Source: Myxococcota bacterium (GTDB taxonomy: Bacteria > Myxococcota_A > UBA796). Taken from it: 58,029 nucleotides of DNA. The notes under the pieces are model-generated. The model saw only the letters and a list, made by a program, of their open reading frames with translations, made no database searches and had not been told where the DNA came from. The stretch is taken from positions 1 to 58,029 of the forward strand of contig JBLHNG010000003.1 of the NCBI GenBank assembly GCA_047621685.1, read 5' to 3'. Positions 55,451 to 58,029 of the stretch are shown here, one piece after another; position 1 is the first letter of the stretch; each line of letters opens with the position of its first letter. Position numbers and translations under genes: made by a program.

Positions 55451-55763
55451 CGCAAGAACGCAGCGAGCGGCACTCTGGAGGGTTGTGGTGGGTGAGAGGG
55501 ACAGGACGAATTCTCGGGTGGTGCAGTGGATCGATGACGCCTGCTCATAGGATAAGCAAGAAATGTGCCTCTCGTTTGAAGCTTGACAACCCCAGACATC
55601 GTTGCTGGGAAGGTAGTTTACTACTTAAGAATCTGGACAACGGCTTCGCTGTAACCCTATGTAACCGCACCGCCGTTCTGGACTCCATAGACTATCAGGG
55701 TCCGATCCGATCCCTGCTCATCCTCGACCAAGGGGCTGGGAAAACCTCTGTCTGGAGTCCCAG

Positions 55764-58029
55764 ATGTTTCTGCTGTCTGCCCTCGCGACCTTATCTACTG
55801 CCTCCGCAGCTGGTGACGGCGTCCTGTACTACACCGGCCACAGCGGCTTCTCTGTGTCTTCGTACTTCCCGCCGTCGGACTTCGAGGATGTGATCGTCAA
55901 TGAGGAGTGCGGCACGTTCACGGAGACGGGCAGCTGGCCCGCAGACCTGAGCGTGTACCGGATGGTGGTGCTGATGATCCCGTCGAGCAGCTGGTCGACG
56001 GCTGAGACGCAGCAGATCCAGGACTTCATCGACGACGACGGTGTGCTGGTCGCTGTGGGTGACTCAAGTGGGTATGACTCCGCCCATGTCAGCCCGATGA
56101 ACACGCTGCTTGGCAACCTCGGGGTCACCTCCACCCTGCAGAACACGAGAATTGATAGCGGCTGCTCTGGCAACACGGCTGCTGCTGCAACCACCCATGC
56201 GCTGACCGAGGGCATCTCCAGCACCGGCATTCAGTACGGCTGGTCCAGCGACATCACCATCGGCAGCGGTGGCACCGAGCTGTTCACGGGCAACTCGGGT
56301 CAGGCGCTCGGGGCGGTCGAGGGGCAGGTGGTCCTGATCTCGGACATCAACGTGTTCATCGACGACTGCAACCTCAACAGCGACAGCCGCCAGTTCTTCG
56401 CCAACCTCTACCACTACGGCACAAGCGCCAACAGCTGCGACATGGACGTAGATGGCTACGACGCGGAGCACTGCGGTGGAGCCGACTGCAACGACTGCGA
56501 CAGCGGTACCGACGTCGGCGATGACTGGTACGCAGACGACGACGGCGACAGCTACGGAGACGCATCCTCCACCACGGCGGCCTGCAGCCTGCCCTCCGGC
56601 TACGTCGCCGATGCGACAGACTGCGACGACACCGACTCGGCCATCAACCCGGCCGCCACTGAGACCTGCGACGGCGAAGACAACGACTGCGACGGCGACA
56701 TCGACGAGTCCGGCAGCACCTACACCTACTACGCCGACGACGACGGCGACGGCTACGGCGACCCCGGGGTCGCCGTCTCTGGCTGCAGCGAGCCCTCCGG
56801 CTACGTCTCCAACAACGCCGACTGCGATGACACCGACGGCAGCGTCTACCCCAATGCCCTGGAGCTCTGCAACGGGCTCGACAATGACTGCGACGGCACG
56901 GCCGACAATGACTACGCTGCAGATGCGCTGACCTGGTACGCAGACAGCGACGGCGACTCCTATGGAGACGTGTCCTCAACCACCGACGCCTGCGACGAGC
57001 CCTCTGGCTACGTCGCTGACGATGACGACTGCGACGACACGGACGCCGCCATCCACCCGTCCGCCACCGAGGTCTGCGACGGTGATGACAATGACTGCGA
57101 TGGCCTCACCGATGAGGGCGACGCCGCAGACACTGCCACCTGGTACGCCGACGACGACGGCGACAACTACGGAGACGCCAGCTCAACCTTCTACGCCTGC
57201 GACGAGCCGAGCGGCTACGTCGCTGACGACACCGACTGCGACGACACCGACTCCGCCATCAACCCGGCCGCCACCGAGGTCTGCGACGGAGACGACAACG
57301 ACTGCGACGGAACTGCCGACAACGACGATGCTGCGGACTCGCTGACCTGGTTCGCCGACGACGATGGCGACACCTACGGAGACGCCAGCTCAACCACCGA
57401 CGCCTGCGACGAGCCGAGCGGCTTCGTCTCCGACGACACGGACTGCGACGACACCGACTCCGCCATCCACCCGGCCGCCACCGAGGTCTGCGATGGTGAC
57501 GACAACGACTGCGATGGCACCATCGACAACGACGACGCCGTGGATGCCCTGACCTGGTACGAAGACAACGACGGCGACGTCTACGGAAACCTCAGCTCGA
57601 CCACTGACGCCTGCGACCAGCCCACAGGGTACGTCTCCGATGACAACGACTGCGATGACACCGACGCTGCAGTCAACCCGGCCGCCACCGAGGTCTGCGA
57701 CGGAGACGACAACGACTGCGACGGAACCATCGACAACGACGACGCTGCGGACTCCCTGACCTGGTTCGCAGACACCGACGGCGACACCTACGGGGACTCA
57801 TCCTCGACCACTGAGGCCTGTGCAGAGCCGACTGGCTACGTCTCCGACGACACCGACTGCGACGACACCGACAGCGCGATCAACCCGGCAGCCACCGAGG
57901 TCTGCGACGGTGATGACAACGACTGCGATGGCACCACCGACAACGACGACGCTGCGGACTCCCTGACCTGGTTCGCAGACACCGACGGCGACATCTACGG
58001 GGATGCGACCTCAACCACCGACGCCTGCG
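55764..58029 (+). CDS. secreted protein: roughly 230-aa N-terminal domain plus at least seven MopE-type putative metal-binding repeats, 3' end beyond the window
   Basis: Not in the ORF track because there is no stop in the window. My translation from ATG 55764 gives MFLLSALATLSTASAAGDGVLYYTGHSG...CDDTDSAINPAATEVCDGDDNDCDGT... It is open to nt 58029. Confidence 0.85.
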   Translation, partial: MFLLSALATLSTASAAGDGVLYYTGHSGFSVSSYFPPSDFEDVIVNEECGTFTETGSWPADLSVYRMVVLMIPSSSWSTAETQQIQDFIDDDGVLVAVGDSSGYDSAHVSPMNTLLGNLGVTSTLQNTRIDSGCSGNTAAAATTHALTEGISSTGIQYGWSSDITIGSGGTELFTGNSGQALGAVEGQVVLISDINVFIDDCNLNSDSRQFFANLYHYGTSANSCDMDVDGYDAEHCGGADCNDCDSGTDVGDDWYADDDGDSYGDASSTTAACSLPSGYVADATDCDDTDSAINPAATETCDGEDNDCDGDIDESGSTYTYYADDDGDGYGDPGVAVSGCSEPSGYVSNNADCDDTDGSVYPNALELCNGLDNDCDGTADNDYAADALTWYADSDGDSYGDVSSTTDACDEPSGYVADDDDCDDTDAAIHPSATEVCDGDDNDCDGLTDEGDAADTATWYADDDGDNYGDASSTFYACDEPSGYVADDTDCDDTDSAINPAATEVCDGDDNDCDGTADNDDAADSLTWFADDDGDTYGDASSTTDACDEPSGFVSDDTDCDDTDSAIHPAATEVCDGDDNDCDGTIDNDDAVDALTWYEDNDGDVYGNLSSTTDACDQPTGYVSDDNDCDDTDAAVNPAATEVCDGDDNDCDGTIDNDDAADSLTWFADTDGDTYGDSSSTTEACAEPTGYVSDDTDCDDTDSAINPAATEVCDGDDNDCDGTTDNDDAADSLTWFADTDGDIYGDATSTTDAC
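56520..58029 (+). repeat. tandem array with a period of about 207 bp (69 aa), continuing past the window edge
   Basis: The acctgg(t/a)(a/t)c landmark recurs at 56931, 57138, 57345, 57552, 57759 and 57966, each exactly 207 nt apart. The later units are near-identical. Confidence 0.9.

Overview
This is a GC-rich bacterial chromosomal window with strong GC3 bias, so every strand carries long spurious shadow ORFs. The gene content looks Myxococcota-like, which is an inference from eukaryotic-type Ser/Thr kinases, many LxxC lipoproteins, MopE-type Cys/Asp repeats, a MYXO-CTERM-like tail and two ECF sigma factors. I call about 50 protein-coding genes. I found no rRNA, tRNA, transposase, integrase or CRISPR array. 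Many start codons could be fixed from 4-nt start/stop overlaps (ATGA, GTGA, TTGA) between neighbouring genes.

The main points are:
1. Two thioredoxin-fold genes (22905-23699 and 24854-25387) are each split by the ORF track at an in-frame TGA. The TGA sits exactly at the first Cys of the CxxC redox motif (W-U-P-Y-C and W-U-S-T-C), and each is followed by a hairpin. They are best read as selenoproteins. They flank a DUF3500 lipoprotein gene.
2. Two paralogous, translationally coupled operons pair an ECF sigma factor with a caspase-like TPR-CHAT protease. In one operon (42626 to 38597) the order is wHTH, sigma, single-pass anti-sigma, CHAT lipoprotein. In the other (51536 to 47400, possibly continuing to 45503) a zinc anti-sigma motif (HxxxCxxC) is fused directly to TPR-CHAT, and it is followed by an orphan beta-rich protein, an esterase and a 36-aa Cys-rich secreted peptide that the ORF track missed. 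This is my candidate for an undescribed signalling or conflict system. It resembles a CRISPR-independent counterpart of the Csx29/Csx30/RpoE axis.
3. A kinase-STAND protein has lost all three catalytic kinase residues and the Walker A lysine.
4. A nine-gene bidirectional cluster (28716-37517) may make a lipid head group or a pterin derivative. It encodes a CDP-alcohol phosphatidyltransferase, two sulfatase-like proteins, UPF0104, GT4, a methyltransferase, a PTPS-like protein, an MDR dehydrogenase and a RibD_C protein.
5. Three families of intergenic inverted or dispersed repeats are present. One pair of repeats brackets a single orphan gene.
6. A 3'-open gene at the window end is missing from the ORF track. 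It carries a near-identical 207-bp tandem array of MopE-type repeats.
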